Below the pieces are notes generated by a model. It saw nothing but the letters and a program-made list of their open reading frames with translations, had not been told where the DNA came from and ran no database searches. The position numbers and the translations under genes are program-made. 64,000 nucleotides of DNA from Chitinophaga pinensis (GTDB lineage: Bacteria > Bacteroidota > Bacteroidia > Chitinophagales > UBA10324), in assembly GCA_945903305.1 (NCBI GenBank), contig CAMDOA010000002.1:54704-118703 (forward strand), read 5' to 3'. Shown here in pieces: positions 19,529 to 30,080 of this stretch (the first letter of the stretch is position 1; each line of letters starts with the position of its first letter).

Positions 19529-20038
19529 TTATTTTTTTACAAATAAGGCTTTAAGTTCTGTTGCATCATCTACCTTCATTCTACCTGATAATATTAACCT
19601 AAGTTGCCGGCGGCGAAGTGCTCCATCAAATAATTTTTGTTCTTCTTCTGTTTGCGGCACTATTCCTTCTACCTCAATGGGTTTATTATTTTTATCAATT
19701 GCAACAAAAGTGTAAAACGCATCGTGTGTTTTTATTTTAGTGAGTTCAGGCATACTCTCGGCAAATACTTCAATATACACTTCCATACTGGTTTTAAAAG
19801 CTCTGACAACTTTTGAATGAATGGTTACTAAGTCAGAAAGAAAAATCGGATTTTGAAACGATACATTATCAACTGATGCAGTAACAACGGTGGAATGGGT
19901 ATGTTTTGTGGCGGCAATGGCTGAACAAATATCCATCCAGTACAACAATCTGCCTCCATGTAAGTTGCCAAGAATATTCGTATCATTCGGATGTACGAGC
20001 TCGGTCATTACTGTGTGTGAATCTGCAGGAGTTTTCAT
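19529..20038 (-). CDS. Acyl-CoA thioesterase (hotdog fold, YciA-like)
   Basis: 169 aa. The pattern P.DTN..G..HGG.L....D and VTASVD.V.F..P is typical of this family. Confidence 0.85.
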   Translation of the reverse strand: MKTPADSHTVMTELVHPNDTNILGNLHGGRLLYWMDICSAIAATKHTHSTVVTASVDNVSFQNPIFLSDLVTIHSKVVRAFKTSMEVYIEVFAESMPELTKIKTHDAFYTFVAIDKNNKPIEVEGIVPQTEEEQKLFDGALRRRQLRLILSGRMKVDDATELKALFVKK

Positions 20039-20057
20039 TTATGTTTTTTTTCGAATG

Positions 20058-20065
20058 CGAATGTA
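20058..20065 (-). promoter_or_regulatory. Candidate -7 box TACATTCG (minus strand) for the thioesterase gene
   Basis: Lies 19 nt upstream of the start codon. Confidence 0.4.
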
Positions 20066-20129
20066 GCGCGAAATAAAATTTACTGTATCAAATACAATTG
20101 CAGGCGAATGATTAATGCCAACTACTATT

Positions 20130-20137
20130 TACTTTCG
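20130..20137 (+). promoter_or_regulatory. Candidate -7 box TACTTTCG for hldD
   Basis: Lies 18 nt upstream of the ATG at 20155. Confidence 0.4.
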
Positions 20138-20154
20138 CCTCCGAAATTTTTAAA

Positions 20155-21129
20155 ATGATAATTATTACCGGTGCTGCAGGTTTTATTGGTTCGTGTCTGA
20201 TTCAAGGTTTAAATAATGCGGGTTACTTCAATCTTGGTTTGGTTGATGATTTTTCATCGGAAAGAAAAAAAAGAAATTACTCCGGTAAAAAATTTTTAAA
20301 TACTATTCAACGATCCGAGTTTATTGATTGGCTGGATTTACAACACGACTCAATTGATTTTATTTTTCACTTAGGTGCCCGAACTAATACTGCCGAATTC
20401 AATATCACTTTACTGAACGATTTGAATCTCAATTATTCAAAAGAAATTTTTACTCGTTGCGCTAAATATCAGATTCCGATTGTGTATGCTTCAAGTGCTG
20501 CAACTTATGGCGGCGGAGAATTTGGTTATAACGATGACCATTCAATTATTCCTACTCTTCAGCCATTGAATCCTTATGGTGTTTCGAAAAACGAATTTGA
20601 TAAATGGGTTCTGGATGTCAATCTGAGTTCTTCGAAGATGCCTCCATTTTGGTGCGGTTTAAAATTTTTTAATGTGTATGGGCCCAATGAATATCATAAA
20701 GCACGAATGGCAAGTGTGATCTATCATGGCTTCTGTCAGATTAAAACCGAAGGAAAAATTAACCTCTTTCGTTCGCACAAAGAAGAATACAAAGACGGAA
20801 TGCAGCTGCGCGATTTTATTTATGTGAAAGATGTAGTGGATGTGATGTTGTATTTTTTTAATAAACAAAAACACAGCGGTATATATAATTTAGGAACCGG
20901 CCAAGCCCGAACATTTATTGATTTAGCAAACTGTATTTTTAATTCTATGAATATAAAACCGGAAATTGACTGGACCGATATACCAGTTGATATTCGTGAA
21001 AAGTATCAATACTATACAGAAGCAAAAATGGACAAACTGAAAAGCATCGGATACACCAAATCATTTACCTCACTGGAAAATGGCGTGAAAGATTATGTAT
21101 TGAATTTTCTGGAACAGGAAAAAATCTGA
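20155..21129 (+). CDS. hldD: ADP-L-glycero-D-manno-heptose 6-epimerase
   Basis: 324 aa. MIIITGAAGFIGS Rossmann motif, YGVSK catalytic pair, and GLKFFNVYGPNEYHKARMASV, characteristic of HldD/RfaD. Confidence 0.85.
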   Translation: MIIITGAAGFIGSCLIQGLNNAGYFNLGLVDDFSSERKKRNYSGKKFLNTIQRSEFIDWLDLQHDSIDFIFHLGARTNTAEFNITLLNDLNLNYSKEIFTRCAKYQIPIVYASSAATYGGGEFGYNDDHSIIPTLQPLNPYGVSKNEFDKWVLDVNLSSSKMPPFWCGLKFFNVYGPNEYHKARMASVIYHGFCQIKTEGKINLFRSHKEEYKDGMQLRDFIYVKDVVDVMLYFFNKQKHSGIYNLGTGQARTFIDLANCIFNSMNIKPEIDWTDIPVDIREKYQYYTEAKMDKLKSIGYTKSFTSLENGVKDYVLNFLEQEKI

Positions 21130-21149
21130 TAATAAAAAACTAAACACAA

Positions 21150-22571
21150 TTGGTATTCAGTTCAAGTTTATTTCTGCTTTATTTTTTTCCGGTATTTATT
21201 ATTGCCTATTTAATAACGCCGGTAAAATTTAAAAACTATACACTGCTTATTGCCAGTGTTTTGTTTTATGCGTGGGGTGCCCCTAAGTTTATTTTTGTTT
21301 TGTTTGCTGTGCTGGTTATTGATTACTACCTCGGTAACCGCATTTATGAATCGGCAGGAAGAAAACGCAAATTATACCTCCTCATTTCAATAATTATAAA
21401 TGTTGGAATGCTATTGTACTTCAAGTACTCCAATTTTTTTGTTGAGAACCTGAATGAAGTATTATACCTTTTTAACATTGAAAATGTAATGTGGACGAAA
21501 GTGGTATTACCAATCGGTATTTCCTTTTTTACATTTCAGGAATTGAGTTACACCATTGATATCTATAGGGACGAACACAAGCCGCTGAAAAAATTTACCG
21601 ATTACATGTTGTTCATTTTTATGTTCTCGCATTTAATAGCGGGGCCCATTGTCACTTATCATATTCTGGCAAAGGATATTGTTGATCGTCGTCATCAGCT
21701 GAACAACGATTATCGATTGCTTGGTTTGTATCGTTTCATTATAGGGCTTGCAAAAAAAGTTTTGATTGCCAATGTACTCGGTGAAGTGGCTGATGATATT
21801 TTTAAACTTCAACCAACCGAAATGAATTCTACAACAGCATGGTTAGGTATTACAGCGTACACTTTTCAATTGTATTTCGATTTTTCCGGTTATTCTGATA
21901 TGGCAATCGGAATTGGAAAATTTATGGGTTTCAATTTTCCTGAAAATTTTAACAGCCCGTATATTTCACAAAGCATTACTGAATTCTGGAAGCGCTGGCA
22001 CATGACACTCAGTAGTTGGATGAAAAATTATTTATACATCCCTCTTGGTGGAAATAAAGTTTCTGTATCCAGAATGTTTTTAAACCTCTGGATTGTATTT
22101 CTGATATCCGGTTTCTGGCACGGTGCAGAATGGACTTTTATAGTGTGGGGCGCTTATCACGGATTTTTTATTGTGCTGGATAAATTATTTCTGATTAAAC
22201 TTTTAAAACCAATCGGAAAAATTCCAAGAACCATTTTCACTTTCATTATTGCCATGGTTGGTTGGGTGTTTTTTCGTTCAGCGGATTTGCCGTATTCAAT
22301 CGGGTTTATAAAAAAAATGTTTTCGTTTCAGTTCAGATATCCTGAAGTTATTTATTCCAATCGTTTTGAGTTTACAATGCTGCTTGCCATTATTTTTTCG
22401 TTCGCGGCATTATCAGATAAAATGGCGCAATGGCAATGGAATGGATTAAATATTTCGAACAAAAATTTCATTTTATCAGGAAGAGTAATTCTTTCTGTTG
22501 CCCTTTTCATTCTGGCATTGGCTGATATTACTTCATCAGGTTTTAATCCATTTATCTATTTCAGATTTTAA
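21150..22571 (+). CDS. MBOAT-family membrane O-acyltransferase (AlgI/PatA/DltB-like)
   Basis: 473 aa, polytopic. FWKRWHMTLSSWMKNYLYIPLGGN and SGFWHGA (catalytic His region). TTG start. Confidence 0.9.
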   Translation: MVFSSSLFLLYFFPVFIIAYLITPVKFKNYTLLIASVLFYAWGAPKFIFVLFAVLVIDYYLGNRIYESAGRKRKLYLLISIIINVGMLLYFKYSNFFVENLNEVLYLFNIENVMWTKVVLPIGISFFTFQELSYTIDIYRDEHKPLKKFTDYMLFIFMFSHLIAGPIVTYHILAKDIVDRRHQLNNDYRLLGLYRFIIGLAKKVLIANVLGEVADDIFKLQPTEMNSTTAWLGITAYTFQLYFDFSGYSDMAIGIGKFMGFNFPENFNSPYISQSITEFWKRWHMTLSSWMKNYLYIPLGGNKVSVSRMFLNLWIVFLISGFWHGAEWTFIVWGAYHGFFIVLDKLFLIKLLKPIGKIPRTIFTFIIAMVGWVFFRSADLPYSIGFIKKMFSFQFRYPEVIYSNRFEFTMLLAIIFSFAALSDKMAQWQWNGLNISNKNFILSGRVILSVALFILALADITSSGFNPFIYFRF

Positions 22572-22574
22572 CCT

Positions 22575-23723
22575 ATGAAAAAAATAAATTTCAAACTTAT
22601 TCTTCTTTCACTGCTCATTTCAGTAATAAGTCTTCCGTTGGCTGAAAAAGTATTTCATTTCTCGGTTTCACAACTTGCTGAATTAAAAGGCATATATATA
22701 AAACCGGTTTGTCCGCAAATAAGTTCGAAAAGTTTTTTCAACTTAGAATTACAAGATAGTTTGAGCAATTATATTGAAAGTGAAATCAGTAATAAAAACG
22801 CGCTTGTCCGGTTACGAAATCAAATTGCTTTTACCGTATTTAATGAATCAACAAATAAGGAAATTATTGTAGGTAAACACAATTACTTGTTTGAAAAAAT
22901 CGATATCGATTTTTATACCGGCAATACCTGGTTTGATAGCACCTGGATGAGCAAACGAATTGAATTATTAACGGATGTAACTGATTCGTTAAAAAAAAGA
23001 AACATTGATTTGTTAGTGGTTTTTGCCCCCAATAAACCATCATTTATGCCCGAAAATATTCCGGATAAATATTTAAGGAGTTACACTAATGATAATATTT
23101 ATAAAACTTGTTCTGACCTGATGGCACAAAGTAAAATTCCATTTATTGATTTCAATAATTATTTCAGGTCGCTAAAAGATAAAAGTCCAACCGAAATTTT
23201 TCCAAAAGGAAATGCGCACTGGAGCTATTACGCCGGAACAATTGCCGCTGATTCAATTGCAAGATACATTCGGAGGCAATTCCATATTCCACTTTATAAT
23301 TACAGATGGTATGTGCCTCCTCCAACCAATAAAACCAACTATCAGGAAGGCGATTTGGCTACTACCCTCAACTTGTTAAATCCATTCAGAGATGGAGAAT
23401 ATGTTTATCCGATTTTAGAAATTACTGATTCTGTTAATTGCGTTAAACCTGATGTAGTATTTATCGGCGACAGCTTCGCGTGGACACTCATTTTTTCGTA
23501 CCTGCCTCATAAGATTTTTAGCGAAAATTTTGAATTCTGGGATTACAACCGCAAAATATGGAGCCCTTACAAAAATGAAACAGTAAATATTGATCAACTT
23601 GATTATAAAAATGAGTTTCTGAAAAAACAAGTAATCATAATAGTTGAAGGCGGCCTTCATTACAACGATATTGGTCACGGATTTATTGATAAGACCTATG
23701 AATTGTTTCATGGAAAAAAATAG
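22575..23723 (+). CDS. AlgJ/AlgX/PatB-like periplasmic O-acetyltransferase partner (SGNH-like)
   Basis: 382 aa. N-terminal anchor, FAPNKPSF and GNAHWS motifs, and C-terminal VVFIGDSFAW block. It starts 4 nt after the MBOAT gene. Confidence 0.7.
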   Translation: MKKINFKLILLSLLISVISLPLAEKVFHFSVSQLAELKGIYIKPVCPQISSKSFFNLELQDSLSNYIESEISNKNALVRLRNQIAFTVFNESTNKEIIVGKHNYLFEKIDIDFYTGNTWFDSTWMSKRIELLTDVTDSLKKRNIDLLVVFAPNKPSFMPENIPDKYLRSYTNDNIYKTCSDLMAQSKIPFIDFNNYFRSLKDKSPTEIFPKGNAHWSYYAGTIAADSIARYIRRQFHIPLYNYRWYVPPPTNKTNYQEGDLATTLNLLNPFRDGEYVYPILEITDSVNCVKPDVVFIGDSFAWTLIFSYLPHKIFSENFEFWDYNRKIWSPYKNETVNIDQLDYKNEFLKKQVIIIVEGGLHYNDIGHGFIDKTYELFHGKK

Positions 23724-23768
23724 TTTCATGAAATAAAAATGCCCCGTACAATCACGAGGCACTCAGAT

Positions 23769-23854
<86 letters not shown>

Positions 23855-23858
23855 GCCG

Positions 23859-23866
23859 CAAATGTA
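23859..23866 (-). promoter_or_regulatory. Consensus -7 box TACATTTG immediately upstream of tRNA-Ser
   Basis: Exact TAnnTTTG match ending 4 nt before the mature tRNA 5' end. Confidence 0.5.
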
Positions 23867-24243
23867 ATTGCGGGAATGACTTTGCAAAATCAAAGTGTAG
23901 AAATATTATTTAATCAAAATAGTTTTGTTTTGATCGCACAGCGTTGTTGCGTATTAGATAAATAATTTTCGAATATTTTAATCTATACTGATAGAACTTC
24001 TAATAGTATGGTATAAAATAATAGAGCACAAAAAATCAGCTTTCAAATGTCCTAATCAGGGTTTTTAATTCAAATTAAACTAATCCTTACTACTCTAAAA
24101 CTTAAATTCTATAATTCTAACTTATAAGAATCTTATTTTTGTTTATAAAGTAAATAAATGACCTTTGTTTATCATGACCTTTCTTGAACTATTTAATTTT
24201 AAGGTCGTAATGCTATGCAATAAGAATTTTTAAAAATAAACCT

Positions 24244-27200
24244 ATGAATATTTCAAAAAATACACTGCTGCTATTTATATTTTTTATATCAACTAAAATA
24301 GTAGTTGCAACCGGTATTAATGAAACACTTCCATCAACCATCGGTTTTACTGAAAACATTGGACAGTTATTAAGCACTAACAATATTCCGGCGAATGAAA
24401 TAATTTATTACAGTGAATTCGGAAATATGGGTATTTACATCAGTCGCGACAAATTGTATTATATTTTAAAAAGAACTGGCGGCAACACAGAAATTGAACC
24501 TTCTGAAAATGATGAAATAATTAATAGAAATCTTAAGTCAGAATCAATAAGAGTGGAACTTAAATTATTGAATTGCAATGCAGGTATTGTTGCCAGTGCT
24601 TATGATAAGCAATCATTTAAATCAAATTATTTTTTACCTCAGTGTCCCAATGGGATTTCAGCGAGCAACTATAAAAAAATAAAACTGGAAAATGTTTATT
24701 CCGGAATAAACTGGATATTATATTTAAAAGAAGAAAACGGAAAAACAGTTTTTAAATATGATTTTGAAATATTGCCGGGTGCTGATATCAGCAATATCAA
24801 ACTTGAATATTCGGGTGCGTCAAAAATATCAAAATCAAATTCAGGTGAAATAAATGTGGAAACCCCATTTGGAAATATTTCTGATGGTAAACCCTTCTCC
24901 TATTCTGAACTTACAAAAAAGGCAGTAAGTTCAAATTTTACCTTATCAAATAATGTGATTGGTTTCGATTTAAAAAATTATAATAAAAAGGAAAAAATAA
25001 TTATTGATCCAACTGTGTTATGGTCAACTTATTTTGGATACAACTTTGATGAGCATGGAAGAGCTATAGCTGTTGGAATCGATGGTTGCGTTTATGCTGC
25101 AGGGTTTTCAAACAGCACCGGTTTTCAGGCGTTAAATGGATACAGTTCACCGGTTCATGCAGGTTTTGATGCATTTGTAATGAAACTTTCACCCGCTTTA
25201 CAACCCATTTGGATAACTTATTATGGAGGTTCACTTGCTGATGTTTGCAGATCGATTGATATTGATTCAGCCGGAAATGTATTTGCAGGTTTTGAAACAC
25301 GAAGCGCCGATATGCCAACTTTTAATGCTTATCAACCTGCGAAAAATGATACTGATGATTTTTTTATTGCAAAATTTGATAGCTCTGGAATTCCTATTTG
25401 GGCAAGTTTTTATGGCGGAAATAATCTGGATGCTTTCCGGCGATTAAAAATTATTAATGATGACTTCTGTCTGATTTCAGGATATTCAAAAAGCACTGAT
25501 TTTCCTATGATAAATCCAATTCAGGCTACTAATGCAGGCGATGCTGATATTGTACTGATGAAACTGAATTTGACAACCGGGCTTCCCTTTTGGTCAACCT
25601 ATTTTGGCGGTTCAGGATATGATGAAGGGGTCGGTGTCAGCATTGATAAATTCAATAATATTTTTTTAGTTGGAACAACAAAAAGTATAAATTTTCCCGT
25701 GCTTAATGCATTTCAAACAGTTTTGAAAGGTGCGAGTGACATTTTTGTTTTGAAAATTAATAGCAGTCATAATTTGTTGTGGTCAACCTATATCGGCAGT
25801 ACAATGGACGATGATGGAAATGGAATTGCGCTGGATACAAGCGGTAATTGTTTCATTATCGGAACAACGAAAAAAAACAATTATCCGATTTTAAATGCCT
25901 GGCAAACTGTTTACAAATCTCCATCTGATGCTGTTATTTCTAAATTTAATGGTAATGGAAATTTAGTTTGGTCCACCTATGCTGGTGGCCCGGGCACTGA
26001 AGACGGAAATTCAATAGCGGTTGATAAAAAAGGTAATGTATTGGCTACCGGCTATTCGTTAAGTACAACATTTCCATTGCTTAATGCAACCCAACCGGTT
26101 TTTGGCGGTCAGCGCGATGCTTATATTTTACGATTTAATAATTATGGAAATTGTCTTTACTCAAGTTATTATGGCGGAAACGGAATTGAACAAGCTAGAG
26201 GAATAACAGTAGATAATTCTAACAACGCATTTGTAATTGGTTCCACAACCAGCACAAATCTTCCATTAATTAATCCTTTACAATCTTTTAATGGAACTAC
26301 TTCATCCTCCGGAGGTGATTGTTTTATTTTAAAAATTAATTATTCGTTATCCCTTTCTCCTGAAATATATTTTATCGGGAATAATCCTAAATGTATTTTG
26401 ACAGATTCTATTCAGATTTTCAGTAATAGTGTTTTTCAAAATGTGTGGTCGAACGGTGAAACAACACAGAATATAAATGTTACGGAACCTGCTAATTATT
26501 TTGTAACAGCATATGATTCAACTGGTATTGGAATTTCATCTGATACTATTCATATTCAAAATAGCGTTTTAGCCGATTTTGAATATGACTCATCCGTCAT
26601 TTCAAACATTTGTTATAATTCAATAATTAATTTAAACGCTCCTATCATTTCAGGAGCAAATTATTTATGGATTAGTAATAACGGATATATTTATTCAAGC
26701 AACAATTTGAATATCAATTTAACTCAGGATACTTCTCTTGGAATTTACACCTGCATTGCAACGGTAGGCACTTGCTCTAAAACAGTTAGAAAAGTTAATT
26801 TACTAAATCTATTTAGTGCGATAAATCCGGTTATTACAGCAAGTTCCACATTGGCATGTGTTGGCAATCAAATAATATTGCAAACCGACAGTATCCCCGG
26901 CATTCAATACTTATGGAATGGGCCTAACGGATTTATTGCCAATACCAGAATAGTAAGTTTAAATAATGTACAGACATTAAACAGCGGTGAATATTTTGTA
27001 AAATTTATTTTGAACGGATGTGAAAGTTTACAATCATCAGTTGATATAATAATATCTTCAATGTCCATGTCAAACGCAGGACCCGATTTAATTGCCTGCA
27101 ATGGCATAAACAAAGTAAACATGGCCGGAGTGAATACGATTAATGGAATGGGTTTATGGTCGTGTACTACAACTCCACCTGTTTCATTTATAAATATTAA

Positions 27201-27867
27201 TGATGCCAATACTTTAGTAACCAATTTAAAAGTTGGAACCAATCAATTAAGTTGGACAGTTAATAATGGAACATGCCCGCCTGCAATAGATTTAGTGAAT
27301 GTAAAATACACAACGGCAGCAAATTTCGGTTGCACTAAACCTTCCAATTTATCGCAAATAATAAGCAGCAATATGGCATCATTAAATTGGTCGAATTGTA
27401 CAATTGCTGAACAATTTCAAGTGCGCATTACACTTAACGGCGCTGCTTTTACTATCTCCACTACCAATTACAATTTAATTCTTAACAACCTCAACCCTGG
27501 TACTTACACCTGGAAAGTAAGACCAAAATGTAATGGAGTTTGGTCGGCGTATTCTCTTACTAAAACATTTAACATAACAGCTTCAGCAAAGTCGGAATTA
27601 GTTAATATAAGTGAAAACAACTTTATATTGTTTCCTAATCCAGCCAATGACAAACTAAATGTATTATTTGAATTGATTGAACCAGGTGAATACAATATAG
27701 AACTGATTGATGTTATGGGGCGAATCTTGTTAAGCAAAAGTCAATTCTTTGATGAAGGAAAATGGCTTGAAAGTTTTAATATCAGCACAGTATCCAAAGG
27801 CATTTATTTTGTTCGGATAACCAATTTCGAACAGCCTGACATTATCAATAAATTTATTAAAGAATAG
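24244..27867 (+). CDS. Large secreted SBBP beta-propeller-repeat protein with Ig-like repeats and a T9SS type-A C-terminal sorting domain
   Basis: 1207 aa. Signal peptide. Repeated W.TY.GG...D.G..I..D..GN....G.T.S..FP units. C-terminus FPNPANDKLNV...GIYFVRI. Confidence 0.85.
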   Translation: MNISKNTLLLFIFFISTKIVVATGINETLPSTIGFTENIGQLLSTNNIPANEIIYYSEFGNMGIYISRDKLYYILKRTGGNTEIEPSENDEIINRNLKSESIRVELKLLNCNAGIVASAYDKQSFKSNYFLPQCPNGISASNYKKIKLENVYSGINWILYLKEENGKTVFKYDFEILPGADISNIKLEYSGASKISKSNSGEINVETPFGNISDGKPFSYSELTKKAVSSNFTLSNNVIGFDLKNYNKKEKIIIDPTVLWSTYFGYNFDEHGRAIAVGIDGCVYAAGFSNSTGFQALNGYSSPVHAGFDAFVMKLSPALQPIWITYYGGSLADVCRSIDIDSAGNVFAGFETRSADMPTFNAYQPAKNDTDDFFIAKFDSSGIPIWASFYGGNNLDAFRRLKIINDDFCLISGYSKSTDFPMINPIQATNAGDADIVLMKLNLTTGLPFWSTYFGGSGYDEGVGVSIDKFNNIFLVGTTKSINFPVLNAFQTVLKGASDIFVLKINSSHNLLWSTYIGSTMDDDGNGIALDTSGNCFIIGTTKKNNYPILNAWQTVYKSPSDAVISKFNGNGNLVWSTYAGGPGTEDGNSIAVDKKGNVLATGYSLSTTFPLLNATQPVFGGQRDAYILRFNNYGNCLYSSYYGGNGIEQARGITVDNSNNAFVIGSTTSTNLPLINPLQSFNGTTSSSGGDCFILKINYSLSLSPEIYFIGNNPKCILTDSIQIFSNSVFQNVWSNGETTQNINVTEPANYFVTAYDSTGIGISSDTIHIQNSVLADFEYDSSVISNICYNSIINLNAPIISGANYLWISNNGYIYSSNNLNINLTQDTSLGIYTCIATVGTCSKTVRKVNLLNLFSAINPVITASSTLACVGNQIILQTDSIPGIQYLWNGPNGFIANTRIVSLNNVQTLNSGEYFVKFILNGCESLQSSVDIIISSMSMSNAGPDLIACNGINKVNMAGVNTINGMGLWSCTTTPPVSFININDANTLVTNLKVGTNQLSWTVNNGTCPPAIDLVNVKYTTAANFGCTKPSNLSQIISSNMASLNWSNCTIAEQFQVRITLNGAAFTISTTNYNLILNNLNPGTYTWKVRPKCNGVWSAYSLTKTFNITASAKSELVNISENNFILFPNPANDKLNVLFELIEPGEYNIELIDVMGRILLSKSQFFDEGKWLESFNISTVSKGIYFVRITNFEQPDIINKFIKE

Positions 27868-29148
27868 TTAAATTATTTCCGCAACAACAAAGGTGCTTCC
27901 GCCAATGAAAATCAAATCATTTTCTGCAGCATTTTTTTTTGCTTCAGCGTAGGCCAATTGTACTGAATCAAAATATTTTCCCTTCAACCCTATTGCAGTT
28001 GCTTCTTCAAATAAAATATTTTCATCCAAACCTCTTGGGATACTCGGTTTGCAGAAATAGTAATTGAAATTTTTTGCAAGCAGTTGCAAAATATTTTTTC
28101 GCTCTTTATCGCCCACCATTCCCAAAACAAAATGAACAGTTTCTTTTTTGAGTGAATGAATTTGTTCCATCACTTCATTAATTCCAGCTTCATTGTGACC
28201 GACATCGGCGATAGTTAATGGTCGGGCATTCAAAATTTCCCAGCGACCACGCAATCCGGTAACTTTTTTTGTGTTGGAAAGCGCTTGTTGAATTTGTTCG
28301 TCGGTGATATTAAAATTTTGCTTTCGCAATTCTGTAATAGCAGCAAGCACCGTGCAGATATTTTTTTGCTGATATTTTCCCGAAAGATCAAGTATGTAAT
28401 CCTGTGATTTATTTTCTGCTGTAACAGTAAGCGTTTGCTGAAGTCCGGAATAGTTTTTTTCGATTACATTAAAATTTTCTTCAGCAAAAACAATGGGTGC
28501 AGTTTGCTCTTTTGATTTTTGAATGAAAACATTTTTTGTTTCGGATTGTGTTTCACCAATCACTACCGGAATATTTGGTTTGATAATTCCTGCTTTCTCA
28601 ACTGCAATTTTCTGAAGTGTATCACCCAACAATTCTTTGTGGTCGAAACTGATATTGGTGATTATAGAAAGCAGCGGAGTAATAATATTTGTTGAATCTA
28701 ATCGACCACCCAACCCGGTTTCAATTACAGCAAAATCAACTTTCTCTTCTGAAAAAAATTCATATGCCAAACCAACTGTCCATTCAAAGAACGATGGCTT
28801 TATTTCTTCGAACAATTTCGAATAATTTTCAACGAAGTCAATCACTTTTTTTTCAGCAATCATTTCACCATTGATTCTGATTCTTTCTCTGAAATCTTTT
28901 AAATGAGGTGAAGTATAAAGTCCGGTTTTAAAACCTGCGGTTTGCAGAATGGCCGCAAGCATGTGCGAAGTAGAACCTTTTCCGTTGGTCCCAGCAATAT
29001 GAATGCTCTTAAAATTATGTTGCGGATTATTTAAACTGTTACAAATGGCAATCGTGTTATTCAAATCTGCCTTGTATGCAGCCGCACCAATACGATGAAA
29101 CATTGGGAGTTGAGAAAATAAATAATCAAGTGTTTCCTGATAATTCAC
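27868..29148 (-). CDS. folC: Bifunctional folylpolyglutamate synthase / dihydrofolate synthase
   Basis: 426 aa. HIAGTNGKGST P-loop and Mur-ligase middle and C-terminal domains. GTG start. Confidence 0.92.
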   Translation of the reverse strand: MNYQETLDYLFSQLPMFHRIGAAAYKADLNNTIAICNSLNNPQHNFKSIHIAGTNGKGSTSHMLAAILQTAGFKTGLYTSPHLKDFRERIRINGEMIAEKKVIDFVENYSKLFEEIKPSFFEWTVGLAYEFFSEEKVDFAVIETGLGGRLDSTNIITPLLSIITNISFDHKELLGDTLQKIAVEKAGIIKPNIPVVIGETQSETKNVFIQKSKEQTAPIVFAEENFNVIEKNYSGLQQTLTVTAENKSQDYILDLSGKYQQKNICTVLAAITELRKQNFNITDEQIQQALSNTKKVTGLRGRWEILNARPLTIADVGHNEAGINEVMEQIHSLKKETVHFVLGMVGDKERKNILQLLAKNFNYYFCKPSIPRGLDENILFEEATAIGLKGKYFDSVQLAYAEAKKNAAENDLIFIGGSTFVVAEII

Positions 29149-29235
29149 ACAGCAAATATTCTTAGGAAATATTTATTCAAAGAAATATTTCAAAATAATT
29201 CTGTTCCACAAGCAAAAAATTTGTTCAACGAAATT

Positions 29236-30075
29236 TTATTTCACCTTAAAATTATAAGTAATGGTCCCGAATTGTTCATCCATCGCAGCTGAGTTTACAT
29301 CAAACTGAGCAGCCATTGATGCCTGCTTTGCAAGAGTTAATAAATATGTAGATGTAGTTGTTGAACCCTGAGCCGGACCATCAGCTGAAACAACTTTCCC
29401 TTGTTTATTCACTTTAATTTTCACCACCACAATTCCTGTTTCCTGCGAATTATTTTTCAGTGATGGTTCCTTCATCATTTTTCTTCCTGTAAGATTATAT
29501 TTATTCCCATTTCCAAAACCGCCAGGTCCGCCATTTATTCCGGGGTTTCCGCTGTAAGCAGTTCCGGTTGGTGTTCCATTCAACTGTCCTTTGTCGCCAG
29601 GATTATTTCCATTGCCTTCATTGGTGCTGTTGGTATTTGTCCAACCTTTAAAAACTGCTTTGGGTTGCTCCTGTATTTTTAATTCCGTTTTTTTATCCGT
29701 TGGAGTGACTGTTACAGTTGTAGTTTTTTTCTTTTTATTGTCGTTCTTCTTTTTTGAATTAACCACTAAATCTGAATTTTCCTGCGAAATAATTTTATCG
29801 CCAACATTTTTTTCTGGAGTAGTAGGTTTCACCGCCTGAGGCAACACCGGCGCAACTTCAGTCGCAATCGGTTGCACATCGCCCATTCCATCATCCATGT
29901 ATCCGAAATTAATTTCCACACCACCGCTATCCCATGCAGGTATCGGAGGAGTTACACCAGTGAGAAAAAAGAAAAGGATAATTAATATTCCATGTATCGC
30001 AATGGAGGTTAGCATTCCTTTAACCTGATTTTGTTTTTCAATCCGGTCGTTTTCCAATTCAAACAAACGCGCCAT
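29236..30075 (-). CDS. TonB-family energy transducer
   Basis: N-terminal anchor, Pro/Lys/Thr-rich spacer, and C-terminal TonB-C fold (GIVVVKIKVNKQGKVV...TITYNFKV). Last gene of the exbB-exbD set. Confidence 0.75.
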   Translation of the reverse strand: MARLFELENDRIEKQNQVKGMLTSIAIHGILIILFFFLTGVTPPIPAWDSGGVEINFGYMDDGMGDVQPIATEVAPVLPQAVKPTTPEKNVGDKIISQENSDLVVNSKKKNDNKKKKTTTVTVTPTDKKTELKIQEQPKAVFKGWTNTNSTNEGNGNNPGDKGQLNGTPTGTAYSGNPGINGGPGGFGNGNKYNLTGRKMMKEPSLKNNSQETGIVVVKIKVNKQGKVVSADGPAQGSTTTSTYLLTLAKQASMAAQFDVNSAAMDEQFGTITYNFKVK

Positions 30076-30080
30076 AAAAT

